This document shows positions 18,692-28,338 of a stretch of DNA of 64,000 nt, in pieces. The notes under the pieces were generated by a model. That model searched no databases and was not told the origin of the DNA. It saw only the letters and a list, made by a program, of their open reading frames with translations. The DNA comes from Halobacteriales archaeon QS_8_69_26. GTDB taxonomy: Archaea; Halobacteriota; Halobacteria; Halobacteriales; SW-7-71-33. Each line of letters begins with the position of its first letter. Position 1 is the stretch's first letter. The translations under genes and the position numbers were made by a program. The stretch spans positions 927 to 64,926 of the forward strand of contig PXRX01000003.1 of assembly GCA_003023195.1 (NCBI GenBank), in the 5' to 3' direction.

Positions 18692-20011
18692 ATGGCCGAC
18701 CGCCAGTGGATCGGTTCGACGTTCACCAGTTCCGCCGGCTGGAACCACCTCCTCGACCTGGTCGACATCGGGAACCGCATGGCCGGGTCCGAGGGCGAGC
18801 GTGTCGGGGCCGAACTTACCAGGGAGGCCCTGGACCGGGTCGGCGCCCGGGACGCCCGCGTCGAAACCTTCGAGACCCAGGGCTGGACCCGCGGGGACAG
18901 CGAGATTCGCGCCGACGGGACCGTCCAGGACTGCATCGCCCTCCCCCGGAGCCCCGCCGGGAGCGTCGAGGGCGAACTCGTGGACCTGGGGTACGGCCTC
19001 CCGGAGGACTTCGAGGACGCCGACCTCGAGGGGAAGGTGGTGATGGCCGACAGCAACGTCCCCGACTGGTTCGACCGGTACGTCCACCGCACCGAGAAGT
19101 ACTACTACGCCGTCGAGGGCGGCGCGGCGGCGTTCGTCTACAAGAACCACGTCGAGGGGCAACTCCCGCCGACCGGGAGCGTCGGGAACGACGAGGACCC
19201 CATCGGCCGGATCCCTGCAGTCGGCGTCTCCAAGGAGGTCGGGGCGCGCCTCGGGCGGCGCTTCGAGGGCGACCCGGTCGAGGTCGACGTCGACGCAGAG
19301 GTCGGCAACGCCACCAGCGCGAACGTCCACGCCGAACTCGGCCCCGACACCGAGGAGGAGGTGCTGGTCACGAGCCACGTCGACGCCCACGACATCGCCG
19401 AGGGAGCGATGGACAACGGCGCCGGCACCGCGATGGTGGTCGAGGTGGCCAAGGCGCTGGCGGCCCGGGAGGACGAACTCGACACCCGCGTCCACTTCGT
19501 CGCCTACGGGGCCGAGGAGGTCGGCCTCGTCGGCTCCGAGCGCATGGCCGAGGAGTACGACCTCGACGACGTGAAGGCCATTCTCAACAACGACGGCGTC
19601 GTCCGGGGTCGGACCCTGAAACTGTACACCCACGGGTTCCCCGAACTCGCGGCGGCCGCCGACCGCGTCGCCGACCGGTTCGACCACCCGATAGAGACCA
19701 TCCCCGAACTGGGCCCACACAGCGACCACTGGCCGTTCGTGAAGTGGGGGGCACCGGGGATCCACGCCATGTCGAAGACCGGGAGCGAGGGGCGGGGCTG
19801 GGGCCACACCCACGCCGACACCATCGACAAACTGGAGTCGCGGGACCTGCGCGAGCAGGCGGTCCTCCTGACCGCCCTGACCGTCGAACTGGCCGACGCC
19901 GACACCGGCGTCGACCACCGCGATCCCGAGGACATCGCCGCCGGCCTGGAGGACCAGGACCTCGCGACGGGCATGAAGGTCATCGGTAGCTGGCCCTACG
20001 ACTTCGAGTAG
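18692..20011 (+). CDS. M28 family aminopeptidase with PA domain
   Basis: SHVDAH, GAMDNGAG, AEEVGLVGS, SDHWPF, HTHADT. Confidence 0.9.
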   Translation: MADRQWIGSTFTSSAGWNHLLDLVDIGNRMAGSEGERVGAELTREALDRVGARDARVETFETQGWTRGDSEIRADGTVQDCIALPRSPAGSVEGELVDLGYGLPEDFEDADLEGKVVMADSNVPDWFDRYVHRTEKYYYAVEGGAAAFVYKNHVEGQLPPTGSVGNDEDPIGRIPAVGVSKEVGARLGRRFEGDPVEVDVDAEVGNATSANVHAELGPDTEEEVLVTSHVDAHDIAEGAMDNGAGTAMVVEVAKALAAREDELDTRVHFVAYGAEEVGLVGSERMAEEYDLDDVKAILNNDGVVRGRTLKLYTHGFPELAAAADRVADRFDHPIETIPELGPHSDHWPFVKWGAPGIHAMSKTGSEGRGWGHTHADTIDKLESRDLREQAVLLTALTVELADADTGVDHRDPEDIAAGLEDQDLATGMKVIGSWPYDFE

Positions 20012-20286
20012 GCTGGGACTTCGCGTAGGGGCCGGGTCGGCCGGATCCGATCGCCAGGACGGGGATCGGACGCCAGGACCGGGGTCGGGTACGTCACCCC
20101 GGCCGAACGTCCCCGTGGCGCGCGAGGAACGCGCGAGGGACGACCGACCGTCGACCGGCGTGACCGGGACCGACGGGACCGGGAGCGCCGGGAGACGGGA
20201 GGGAGTCGGCTGGGGAGGTCCGTGGCCCGAGACCCCGACGTTCGGACGGGTCGGGCGACGCGGTCGAAACCGCGAGCTAGCCCGGA

Positions 20287-20607
20287 TCACTCCTCGCCCG
20301 CCGAGTCGTCGGCCTTTCGCTCTTCCAGGCGCTCCTCGGGGACTGGCGACAGTCGCTCGTCGAACTCCCCCTCCTCCTCGTCCTCGTCCTCCTCGGCCTC
20401 GGGGACGTAGTCCGAGGGCTCGAACCGGCCCTCCAGGCGCCGGCCGACGACGATCAGAACCAGGCCCCCGACGAACCCGAACACCGCCGCCGGCGCGGTC
20501 ACCGGGTAGGCGTTCTGGACGAGCGTCTGGTGGAGCACCCCACCGATGACGAAGGCTCCGGCCAGTTCGATCGCGCTGCCGAACATCGCCGGAACGCTCC
20601 ACTGCAT
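20287..20607 (-). CDS. small membrane protein with acidic tail
   Basis: Two TM helices followed by an E/D-rich C-terminus. Confidence 0.65.
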   Translation of the reverse strand: MQWSVPAMFGSAIELAGAFVIGGVLHQTLVQNAYPVTAPAAVFGFVGGLVLIVVGRRLEGRFEPSDYVPEAEEDEDEEEGEFDERLSPVPEERLEERKADDSAGEE

Positions 20608-20680
20608 CCCGTCGACCTATCCCTGGAGAACAGTTGAAGCCTTCGCTACTGACCGGGACGAACCGGGGACGGTGTGCCGG

Positions 20681-20875
20681 CTACAGGTCCGAGAAGGGCG
20701 AGACGATGTCCTCGGCCCGGTCGATGGCGTAGCCGGCGGCGTAGCCGGAGGCACCGCCGGCGGCGGCACCGATCCCGCCGCCGACCGGCCCCAGCGGCGT
20801 TCCGATCGTCGCGCCCACCTTCGCCCCCGTCGCGGCTCCCTTCCGCGCGTGTTTGCTCGACGTGCAGGGTAGCAT
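20681..20875 (-). CDS. 64-aa glycine-zipper protein
   Basis: MLPCTSSKHARKGAATGAKVGATIGTPLGPVGGGIGAAAGGASGYAAGYAID... Confidence 0.6.
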   Translation of the reverse strand: MLPCTSSKHARKGAATGAKVGATIGTPLGPVGGGIGAAAGGASGYAAGYAIDRAEDIVSPFSDL

Positions 20876-20956
20876 CCTGGGGACCGCTTCGGGCCGGGGG
20901 ACCAAAAGTCGTGTGCCGGGCACGGCCCGTCCCGGCGTCGTCGGGCCGGGTCTGGT

Positions 20957-21090
20957 GTCGAGGAGCGGATCCGGGATCGAGGAGCGGATCCGGGATCGAG
21001 GGACGGATCCGGGATCGAGGGACGGATCCGGGGCCGACGGACGGGTCCGGGGCCGACGGACGGGTCCGGGGCCGACGGACCGGGTCGCGG
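20957..21090. repeat. ~18-bp degenerate tandem repeats
   Basis: gaggagcggatccgggatc and gacggacgggtccggggcc units. Confidence 0.75.
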
Positions 21091-21219
21091 ATGGAGAGCC
21101 GGATCGAACCGGCGGATCCAGGGGAGGCGGCAGGCGCCCTGGCGGGGCCGACCGGTTCCGCGGCGTCGAGACCGCCGCCACCACCGAATTGATAACCGTT
21201 CCGGCACCTAGGGAGGCGT

Positions 21220-21375
21220 ATGCCAAAGACGATGGAGGTCAAGTGCAACGACGGGGACTGCGAACTCGACATGTTCGAGAACCACTACACCTACGACGTC
21301 GCCGACGACCACGGCGTCGACGACCTCCACTGCCCCCTCTGTGGGGGGTCGGAGTTGGAGGAGATCGTCGTATGA
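21220..21375 (+). CDS. 51-aa CPxCG-related zinc-finger microprotein
   Basis: MPKTMEVKCNDGDCELDMFENHYTYDV...LHCPLCGGSELEEIVV; ggagg upstream; ATGA overlap with the next gene. Confidence 0.75.
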   Translation: MPKTMEVKCNDGDCELDMFENHYTYDVADDHGVDDLHCPLCGGSELEEIVV

Positions 21376-22154
21376 CCGGGCCGGAACGCCTCGACGAGAT
21401 CGGCGAGTCGGTCGGGAACGCCCTCCTGTCCCAGGCCGGGCGACTGAGCAGTCGCTACCACGAGAAGCGGGGCCTGGAGGCCGACGTCCTGGAGAGCGAC
21501 GACGCCTACATGGTCGTGTTCGACGCCCCGGGCGCGACCAGCAGCGACCTCCAGGTCCGGTACCTCGACGGTCGGGTCCTGGTACGGCTCGACCGCTTCC
21601 GGGCGTTCCACGAGGGGTTCGAGATGCGCTTCCCCGGCCGGGGACTGTCGCTCGACGGCGACGTCGCACTCCCCGGCGACGCCGTCGTCGACGCCACCGC
21701 CGCCCGGGCGACGCTGACCGACAACGGCACCCTGCAGATCGAACTCCCGAAGGCGGCCGACCCGGGCGTCGACCGCGGGGGGATCGGCGGATCCGAGCCC
21801 GAGGAGGTGACCGAGGACGACGGGGACGAAACCGACGGTGGCGGTCCCGGCACGGACATCGAGGAGACCACCGACGACGAGGACGACGAGACCGAGGCCG
21901 GAGACGAAGACGGCGAGGGGGAGACCGACGACGGCGAAGGAGAGACCGACGAGGACTCTACCGCCGAGGAAGACGACACCGGATCCGACGCCGAGACGGA
22001 CGATGGAACCGGATCCGACGCGGACGGAGAGGGGGCCGACGCCGACACTGACGACGACCCCGGATCCGACGCGGACGGAGAGGGGGCCGACGCCGACACT
22101 GACGACGACCCCGGATCCGGCGCGGACGGAGACGAGGGCGACGACGAGGAGTGA
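21372..22154 (+). CDS. Hsp20/alpha-crystallin-like protein with long acidic tail
   Basis: DVLESDDAYMVVFDAPG...ATLTDNGTLQIELPK. Confidence 0.78.
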   Translation: MTGPERLDEIGESVGNALLSQAGRLSSRYHEKRGLEADVLESDDAYMVVFDAPGATSSDLQVRYLDGRVLVRLDRFRAFHEGFEMRFPGRGLSLDGDVALPGDAVVDATAARATLTDNGTLQIELPKAADPGVDRGGIGGSEPEEVTEDDGDETDGGGPGTDIEETTDDEDDETEAGDEDGEGETDDGEGETDEDSTAEEDDTGSDAETDDGTGSDADGEGADADTDDDPGSDADGEGADADTDDDPGSGADGDEGDDEE

Positions 22155-22218
22155 CGTCCAGGCCACCGCGGGTGGCCGCCCCGTAGCTATTTTGGCCTCC
22201 CCGTCCGTGCCGTCGTGC

Positions 22219-22617
22219 ATGCGATACCTCGTGGCGATCGACGGGTGGGAGCCGAGCCACCGGGCCCTTGCGTTCGCCGCCGAGCAAGCGGCGGCCAGCG
22301 GGAGCGACCTCGACGTCGTCCACGTCGTCGGCGAAGGGGGTGGCGACGAGGGGGCTAACGACCGGATCCGCGAGACGGTCGCCGAGGCCGTTGAGGGGGC
22401 CGGCGTCGACTACGAGGTCCACTTCATCGAGACCGACAAGCGAACGAAGCCCGCCAACAGGGTCGGATCGCGGCTCCTGGAGTTCGTCGAGGAACGCGAC
22501 CACGACGCCGTCTTCGTCGGCAACGAGCCGACCGGCACCGCCGAGCGAATGATCGTCGGGAGCGTCGCCCGGACGCTCGTCGACGCCCGCGAGGTGCCGG
22601 TCGTCCTCGTCCCGTAG
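22219..22617 (+). CDS. universal stress protein
   Basis: YLVAIDG...GSVARTLV...PVVLVP. Confidence 0.88.
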   Translation: MRYLVAIDGWEPSHRALAFAAEQAAASGSDLDVVHVVGEGGGDEGANDRIRETVAEAVEGAGVDYEVHFIETDKRTKPANRVGSRLLEFVEERDHDAVFVGNEPTGTAERMIVGSVARTLVDAREVPVVLVP

Positions 22618-22687
22618 GCGCGGGGGCGTCCGGGACCGGACGATCGGCGGGGATCACTCCTTAGTGTCGCGGGACCGAGTGGCGGAC

Positions 22688-23143
22688 ATGCCGACTCTCC
22701 TGGATACCTATCTGGAGAACCGCAAGCGGATCCAGCCCAACGACGCCAACAACTACGAGACGGCCCACGGCGGGATCGTGATGAAGGCGATGGACGAGGT
22801 GGGCGCGATGTCGGCGATGCGCTTCGCGGGCGAGACCTGCGTCACTGCCGGGGTCGACGACCTCTCCTTTCGCCAGCCGATCCCGGTCGGGGAGGTGGCA
22901 CGGATCGTCGCGTTCGTCTACGACGCCGGTCGGACGAGCGTCCGGGTGCGGATCCGCGCCGACCGCGAGGATCCCCGGACGGGGGAACAGGAGCGCACGA
23001 CGGAGTCGTGTTTCACGTTCGTCGCGGTCGACGACGAGGGGGATCCGACCCGGGTACCGGAGTTGCGCGTCGAGAGCGACCGAGGACGCCGGCTCCGCGA
23101 CGAGGCCCTGGAGGCCGAGGAGTCGGCGAAGGGCGGGAACTGA
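22688..23143 (+). CDS. acyl-CoA thioesterase (hotdog fold)
   Basis: PNDANNYETAHGG..MKAMDEVG, GRTS, FTFVAVD. Confidence 0.88.
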   Translation: MPTLLDTYLENRKRIQPNDANNYETAHGGIVMKAMDEVGAMSAMRFAGETCVTAGVDDLSFRQPIPVGEVARIVAFVYDAGRTSVRVRIRADREDPRTGEQERTTESCFTFVAVDDEGDPTRVPELRVESDRGRRLRDEALEAEESAKGGN

Positions 23144-23218
23144 TCCCGGGGGAGGACCGCCCGACGACGTGTCGACGGGAGAACCAAACTTTAGTGGCGG
23201 CCGACCCTCCCGGCGTGC

Positions 23219-24319
23219 ATGGACGACCGGATCAGGGACCACGCGGCGGTACTCGTCGACTGGAGTGCCCGCGTCGAGGAGGGCGACAGGGTAACGATGG
23301 CGGTCGGGGAGGGGGCCCACCCTCTCGCGGTCGCCGTCGCCGAACTGCTCGGGGAGCGCGGGGCGACGCTGCACGCGAGTTACGCCTCCGCGGAGGTACA
23401 GCGGGCCTACCTGCTGGCGAGCGACGAGTTCGAGGAGCCGACCCACGAGCGTCGCCTGATAGAGGCGACCGACGTCTACCTCTCGCTCCGGGGCGGTCGC
23501 AACACCAGCGCGATGGCCGACGTGTCCGCGGAGACCCACCGGGCGGCGTCGCGGGCCGGGAGCGAACTCCGGGAGGCCCGGATGGACACCGACTGGGTCT
23601 CGACGGTCCACCCGACGCGGTCGCTGGCCCAGCAGGCAGGGATGTCGGTCGAGGCCTACCGCGAGTTCGTCTACGACGCGATCCTCAGGGACTGGGAATC
23701 GCTCGCCGAGGAGATGGGCCGCATGAAGGAGCTCCTGGACGAGGGGTCGGAGGTCCGACTGGTCTCGGGCGAGGAGACGGACCTCCGGATGTCCGTCGAG
23801 GACCGGGTGGCGGTCAACAGCGCCGCCTCGGTGGCCTACGACTCGCACAACCTCCCCAGCGGCGAGGTGTTCACCGCGCCCCACGACCTGGAGGGGACGG
23901 TGACCTTCGACGTGCCGATGACCATCCGGGGCAAGCGCGTCCGGGACGTCCGCCTGACCTTCGAGGACGACGAGGTCGTCGACTACGCCGCCGCCGAGAA
24001 CGAGTCCGTCATCGGCGACGTCCTCGACACCGACGAGGGCGCGCGCAGGGCCGGCGAACTGGGGATCGGGATGAACCGTGGGATCGACCGGTTCACGGAC
24101 AACATCCTCTTCGACGAGAAGATGGGCGACACGGTCCACCTGGCGCTCGGACGGGCCTACGAGTCGAACTTCCCGCCGGGCACCGAGGACGAGCGCAACG
24201 ACTCGGCGGTCCACGTCGACCTGATCACCGACGTCAGCGAGGACTCCCGCCTGGAGGTCGACGGCGAGGTGGTCCAGCGCGACGGCCGGTTCCGCTGGGA
24301 GGACGGCTTCGAGGGGTAG
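23219..24319 (+). CDS. M29 (AmpS/aminopeptidase II) family aminopeptidase
   Basis: NLPSGEVFTAP, GELGIG.N, DEKMGDTVHLALG, SAVHVD. Confidence 0.9.
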   Translation: MDDRIRDHAAVLVDWSARVEEGDRVTMAVGEGAHPLAVAVAELLGERGATLHASYASAEVQRAYLLASDEFEEPTHERRLIEATDVYLSLRGGRNTSAMADVSAETHRAASRAGSELREARMDTDWVSTVHPTRSLAQQAGMSVEAYREFVYDAILRDWESLAEEMGRMKELLDEGSEVRLVSGEETDLRMSVEDRVAVNSAASVAYDSHNLPSGEVFTAPHDLEGTVTFDVPMTIRGKRVRDVRLTFEDDEVVDYAAAENESVIGDVLDTDEGARRAGELGIGMNRGIDRFTDNILFDEKMGDTVHLALGRAYESNFPPGTEDERNDSAVHVDLITDVSEDSRLEVDGEVVQRDGRFRWEDGFEG

Positions 24320-24464
24320 CCGGCCACGGTGACCGGTCGGCCCCGACGCCGCCGGGATCCGATCGCCCGATGGCGAATCCATTAGCCGGCCACAGCGGGA
24401 TACCGACGATAGCTAGCCACCATCAATAAGTACCGATATGACGAACAGTAGGTGTGATCGACCG

Positions 24465-24590
24465 ATGAAACCGGACCAGCTCCGGGAAACGGAAAGGGCA
24501 GTGGCCCCGATCGTCGCCCTCGTCATCATGGGTACGGTAACCATCTTCGTAACGGGCCTCGCGGCGGCACTGCTGTTCGGGCTGTTCTGA
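24465..24590 (+). CDS. 41-aa peptide consisting of a class III (type IV pilin-like) signal and one helix
   Basis: MKPDQLRETERA/VAPIVALVIMGTVTIFVTGLAAALLFGLF; aggtgtga upstream. Confidence 0.55.
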   Translation: MKPDQLRETERAVAPIVALVIMGTVTIFVTGLAAALLFGLF

Positions 24591-24816
24591 TCGGTCCGCG
24601 CTCGTTCTCGGCGTCGTTCCGTCGCAGTCACCGGGTTCTTCGGAGTCGGCTCCGCGCCGCCCGGCCCCCGAATGGTGGGGACGCCGACCCCGACGGTCGT
24701 TCGGTACGGGCGAGGAACGACCTTCCTCCCCGGCGACAACTGACGGCGAGTCCCACAGCAAAGCCCTACCCTCCACGAGCGAACCCGTCAGGGTGAGCGA
24801 AGTAGGGTGGGGTCGG

Positions 24817-25032
24817 TTACTCCTGGACCTGTTCGAGCAGGCAGGTCACCGAGCAGTAGTAGTGGCGGACCTCCTGGGTGTCGCCCTTCCACTCCATCGG
24901 CTTGACGACCTCAATGCGGGTGTCCTCGTCCTCGTCTATCTCGTCCATGCAGACGTTACACTGGGGCATCACGATCACCCCGTCCTCGCCCCGGTCGGTC
25001 GACCGGGATGGTGGCTCGGATGGCGTCGCCAC
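24817..25032 (-). CDS. small Cys-rich (CxxC...YCSxxC) protein
   Basis: CNVC...YYCSVTCL, TRASH/YHS-like. Confidence 0.65.
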   Translation of the reverse strand: MATPSEPPSRSTDRGEDGVIVMPQCNVCMDEIDEDEDTRIEVVKPMEWKGDTQEVRHYYCSVTCLLEQVQE

Positions 25033-25283
25033 CCGGTCGCGGGGTCCGGGCGTCGGACCCGCCGGGCTCGGACCGAACGGGAGCGGTGACGGTCATTTAA
25101 CGGGAACTGTTTTTGCGTGGAGTACCATTTCTTTGTCGGCTAGGGGAGGGATCGCCGGTTGATCGGCGGACGCGGGTCGCTCCGGGGACCACTCGCCCCG
25201 TCCGAGGGGCCGGTCGGGGGTCCCCGGGGAGGTCCGCACGCGTCCCCGGACTCCGTGGGGGCCGTGCTCCCGGGAGAGTCTCC

Positions 25284-26651
25284 CTACCCCCCGTCACCGG
25301 AAGCGCCCTCCTGCCCCGTGGCACCGGGGGCGCTCTCGCGCCCTCCGTCGCCGTAGGCACCCTCCTGCCGGAGCCGGCCGCGCACCCGGACGACCGAGGG
25401 GGTGCGACACAGCCCCGGTGCACCGGTCGCCTGGGGCACCGTGCAGTTGTTGCAGTTCTCACAGAGGACCGTGGCCTCGCCGTCGTCGAGGATCCGGGCC
25501 GGCAGGCGCGGTTCCGCGTAGAAGGGCCGGCCCATCCCGACCAGGTCGGTCGCGGGGGGATCCCCTCCGAGCAAGCGGTCGATCCGCGGGCGCTCGCGGA
25601 TCCCGCCCTCGCAGAGCACGACGGCGTCGGTCGCCTCGCGGACCCGCCGGCAGAAGTCGGCGTTCCAGGCGGGTTCGAAGTCGAACTGGAGGGACTGCAG
25701 GCGGTTGAGCAGGGCCACGGCCCGCGTCCGGGCCCGGGACCCGAACGCGTCGGCGTACCCCTCACGGAACCCCTCGTCGTTCCAGGCCCGGGCGGGGTAG
25801 GCCCCGCGGACGATGGACATGTCCCAGAAGGTCGAACACTCGACGGGAACCAGCGCCTCGAAGCCGGCGTCGTCCAACAGTTCGGCGATCCGCACCCCGT
25901 CCTCCAGGGTGAGGTGCCGACGGACGACGGGGGGCGCGGCCGTCTCGGCAGGCACCTTCGTCATCACCGGCAGGTCCGTCCGCTCGCGTACCTCCTCGCG
26001 AACGACCTCGAGGAACCGGACCCGGTCGCGGAGCGACCCGCCGAACTCGTCGTCCCGGCGGTTGTAGAACGGCGAGAGGAACTGCTGGACGATGCCCATG
26101 TTGGCGCCCGCGAGGTGGACGAGGTCGTAGCCCGCGTCGGCGGCGCGACCGGCCGCCCGCCCGAAGTCGGCCGCCAGGTCGTAGACCGCTTCGGTGCTCA
26201 TCACCTCGGGGTCGTACGACAGGAGGCCGGCGCGGTCGAGCAGGCGGAGTTGCCACGGCGGCTCCGAGACCGCAAGCTGGGTCGGGTCCCCGTGCGCCGC
26301 CCGGTAGCCCGCGTGCCAGGTCTCCATGCTCCGGAGCCCGCCGTGTTCGAGCTGGATCGCTATCCTCGCCCCGTGGTCGTGGACCCGGTCCGTGAGCCGG
26401 TCCAGGCGGGCGACGAACTCCGGGTCGTGGACCCGGGTCATGTTCGGGGCCGCACACCCGCCCTCACCGCGGACGATGGTCGCTCCCTGACAGACCAGTC
26501 CCGCCCCGGCCGCGGCGGCCGGTTCGAGGTCCGCGACCAGTCGGTCGACCGCGTCCGGCCCGTTGCCCGCACACTCCAGCAGGGGTGCGCGGTAGAGCCG
26601 GTTCGGGACCTCGACGCCGCCGATCGCGACGGGGTCCTCCAGGCGGGCCAT
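25284..26651 (-). CDS. NADH:flavin oxidoreductase (old yellow enzyme family)
   Basis: VPNRLYRAP, QLEHGG, QFLSPFYNRRDDEFGGS, GRPF, CENCNNC. Confidence 0.88.
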   Translation of the reverse strand: MARLEDPVAIGGVEVPNRLYRAPLLECAGNGPDAVDRLVADLEPAAAAGAGLVCQGATIVRGEGGCAAPNMTRVHDPEFVARLDRLTDRVHDHGARIAIQLEHGGLRSMETWHAGYRAAHGDPTQLAVSEPPWQLRLLDRAGLLSYDPEVMSTEAVYDLAADFGRAAGRAADAGYDLVHLAGANMGIVQQFLSPFYNRRDDEFGGSLRDRVRFLEVVREEVRERTDLPVMTKVPAETAAPPVVRRHLTLEDGVRIAELLDDAGFEALVPVECSTFWDMSIVRGAYPARAWNDEGFREGYADAFGSRARTRAVALLNRLQSLQFDFEPAWNADFCRRVREATDAVVLCEGGIRERPRIDRLLGGDPPATDLVGMGRPFYAEPRLPARILDDGEATVLCENCNNCTVPQATGAPGLCRTPSVVRVRGRLRQEGAYGDGGRESAPGATGQEGASGDGG

Positions 26652-26788
26652 TCACTGGGGGTACGGTCCCGACGGCTTAAACCGTGGGATCGGGGGGAGC
26701 GACCCGGGGTCGCCCCGGAGGGAGAGTCCGCGACGAGCCGGGAGCTACCGGTCGTGTTCGAGAAAAGTCGAAAGTGCCGCCGGTGACC

Positions 26789-27154
26789 CTACCGGTGCTG
26801 TTCGAGCAGCGCCTCGATCTCGGCAGTGCGGTCCTCGTCGGTGAGGACCCGCCCCAGCGTCCAGTCGAGCTGGTCGAGGACCGTCTCGAAGCCGGCCTCG
26901 GTCAGTTCGTACTGGTTGGTCCGCTTGTCGAGTTCGCTCTTCTCGATCAGCCCCATGTCGACGAGTTCGTCGAGGTTGGGGTAGAGGCGACCGTGGTTGA
27001 CCTCGGTGCCGTAGTAGTCCTCGAGCTCCCGCTTGACCGCCAGGCCGTACATCGGTTCTTCGGCCAGGATCACGAGGATGTTGCGTTGGAACGCGGTAAG
27101 GTCCCGTGCGATCTGCTCGGTCGTGCCGCCCGTCGATGTCTGCGCCTCAGACAT
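26789..27154 (-). CDS. rosR: PadR-family regulator RosR
   Basis: DLTAFQ.NIL, YGLA.KRELE.YY..EVNHGRLYPNLD, DKRTN.Y; divergent from ppa, as recalled for Halobacterium. Confidence 0.8.
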   Translation of the reverse strand: MSEAQTSTGGTTEQIARDLTAFQRNILVILAEEPMYGLAVKRELEDYYGTEVNHGRLYPNLDELVDMGLIEKSELDKRTNQYELTEAGFETVLDQLDWTLGRVLTDEDRTAEIEALLEQHR

Positions 27155-27471
27155 ACATCCGGTAAATGTCATCCAACTATATAACTCTTACCAACTAATT
27201 TAGGGACCTCCGGTAATCGTTTCCTACGCGCCTGATAGTCCAGGCGTCATCCACCGGATCGTTCCCACGCCGTGGTCCCGTCCCGCGGTCATTCGCACCG
27301 TTGGTCACACGTTTCGATGATATGAAATTTTATACTCTTTCCGATCAGACTATTTCGGCTCCGAGTTAATATTATGCTCCTGCCCGGTACCGTCGGTGCC
27401 GGAGGCAAATGCGGACCGACACCGTGACGGATGTCGAAAGGACTTTGCGTCGTCTGCGTGGAGTCGGGGGT

Positions 27472-28005
27472 ATGCCGAACCTCTGGGAAGACCTCGAGAC
27501 GGGACCGGACCCGCCCGAGGAGATCTACGCCGTCGTCGAGTGTCTGAAGGGCGAGCGCAACAAGTACGAGTACGACAAGTCGATTCCCGGCGTCGTCCTC
27601 GACCGGGTACTCCACTCGAACGTCCACTACCCTTCGGACTACGGGTTCATCCCCCGGTCGTACTACGACGACGAGGACCCCTTCGACGTCCTCGTCCTGG
27701 TGGAGGACCAGATGTTCCCCGGCTGTGTCATCGAGGCCCGGCCGGTGGCCCTGATGAAGATGGACGACGACGGCGAACAGGACGACAAGGTCATCGCCGT
27801 CCCCACCGAGGACCCGCGCTACGACCACGTCGAGGACATCGACGACATCCCCCAGCAGACCCTGGACGAGATAGACGAGTTCTTCGCGACCTACAAGAAC
27901 CTGGAGGAGGGCAAGGAAGTCGAGACCCTGGGCTGGGAGGACAGGGAGGCGGCGATGGAGGCCATCGAACACGCGATGGACCTCTACGAGGAACACTTCG
28001 GCTGA
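27472..28005 (+). CDS. ppa: inorganic pyrophosphatase
   Basis: NKYEYDK, YP.DYGFIP, DEDPFDVLV, DDKVIAV, YKNLE. Confidence 0.95.
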   Translation: MPNLWEDLETGPDPPEEIYAVVECLKGERNKYEYDKSIPGVVLDRVLHSNVHYPSDYGFIPRSYYDDEDPFDVLVLVEDQMFPGCVIEARPVALMKMDDDGEQDDKVIAVPTEDPRYDHVEDIDDIPQQTLDEIDEFFATYKNLEEGKEVETLGWEDREAAMEAIEHAMDLYEEHFG

Positions 28006-28124
28006 CGCCACCGCCGTCCTGCGGTAATCCCGATCCCATTATTCCCGGTGATAGCCACTCGCCCACGCCATGAGTTATGAGCATGGGTAATTACTTGTCC
28101 GTCCGGCCCGTACTACCGACCGTC

Positions 28125-28232
28125 ATGGCCGCCAGACCCGACCCCCGAGACACCGGCGTTGGTATGGCTCACCTGACCGTCGTCCCCGCCAACGCCGACG
28201 ACGTCGAGGAGTCCGAAGACTCCGAGAACTGA
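28125..28232 (+). CDS. putative 35-aa acidic microprotein
   Basis: MAARPDPRDTGVGMAHLTVVPANADDVEESEDSEN with host-like codons and an AT-rich upstream region. Confidence 0.45.
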   Translation: MAARPDPRDTGVGMAHLTVVPANADDVEESEDSEN

Positions 28233-28338
28233 TCACCCCGCGGAATCGCCCTCCGACCGCTACCCCAGCGTTCCGCAGGCGCCGGCTGGGTGCCGTCCCG
28301 ACCGAAGAAGTGTGAAACCGATCAGGTGACCGGCGCGA

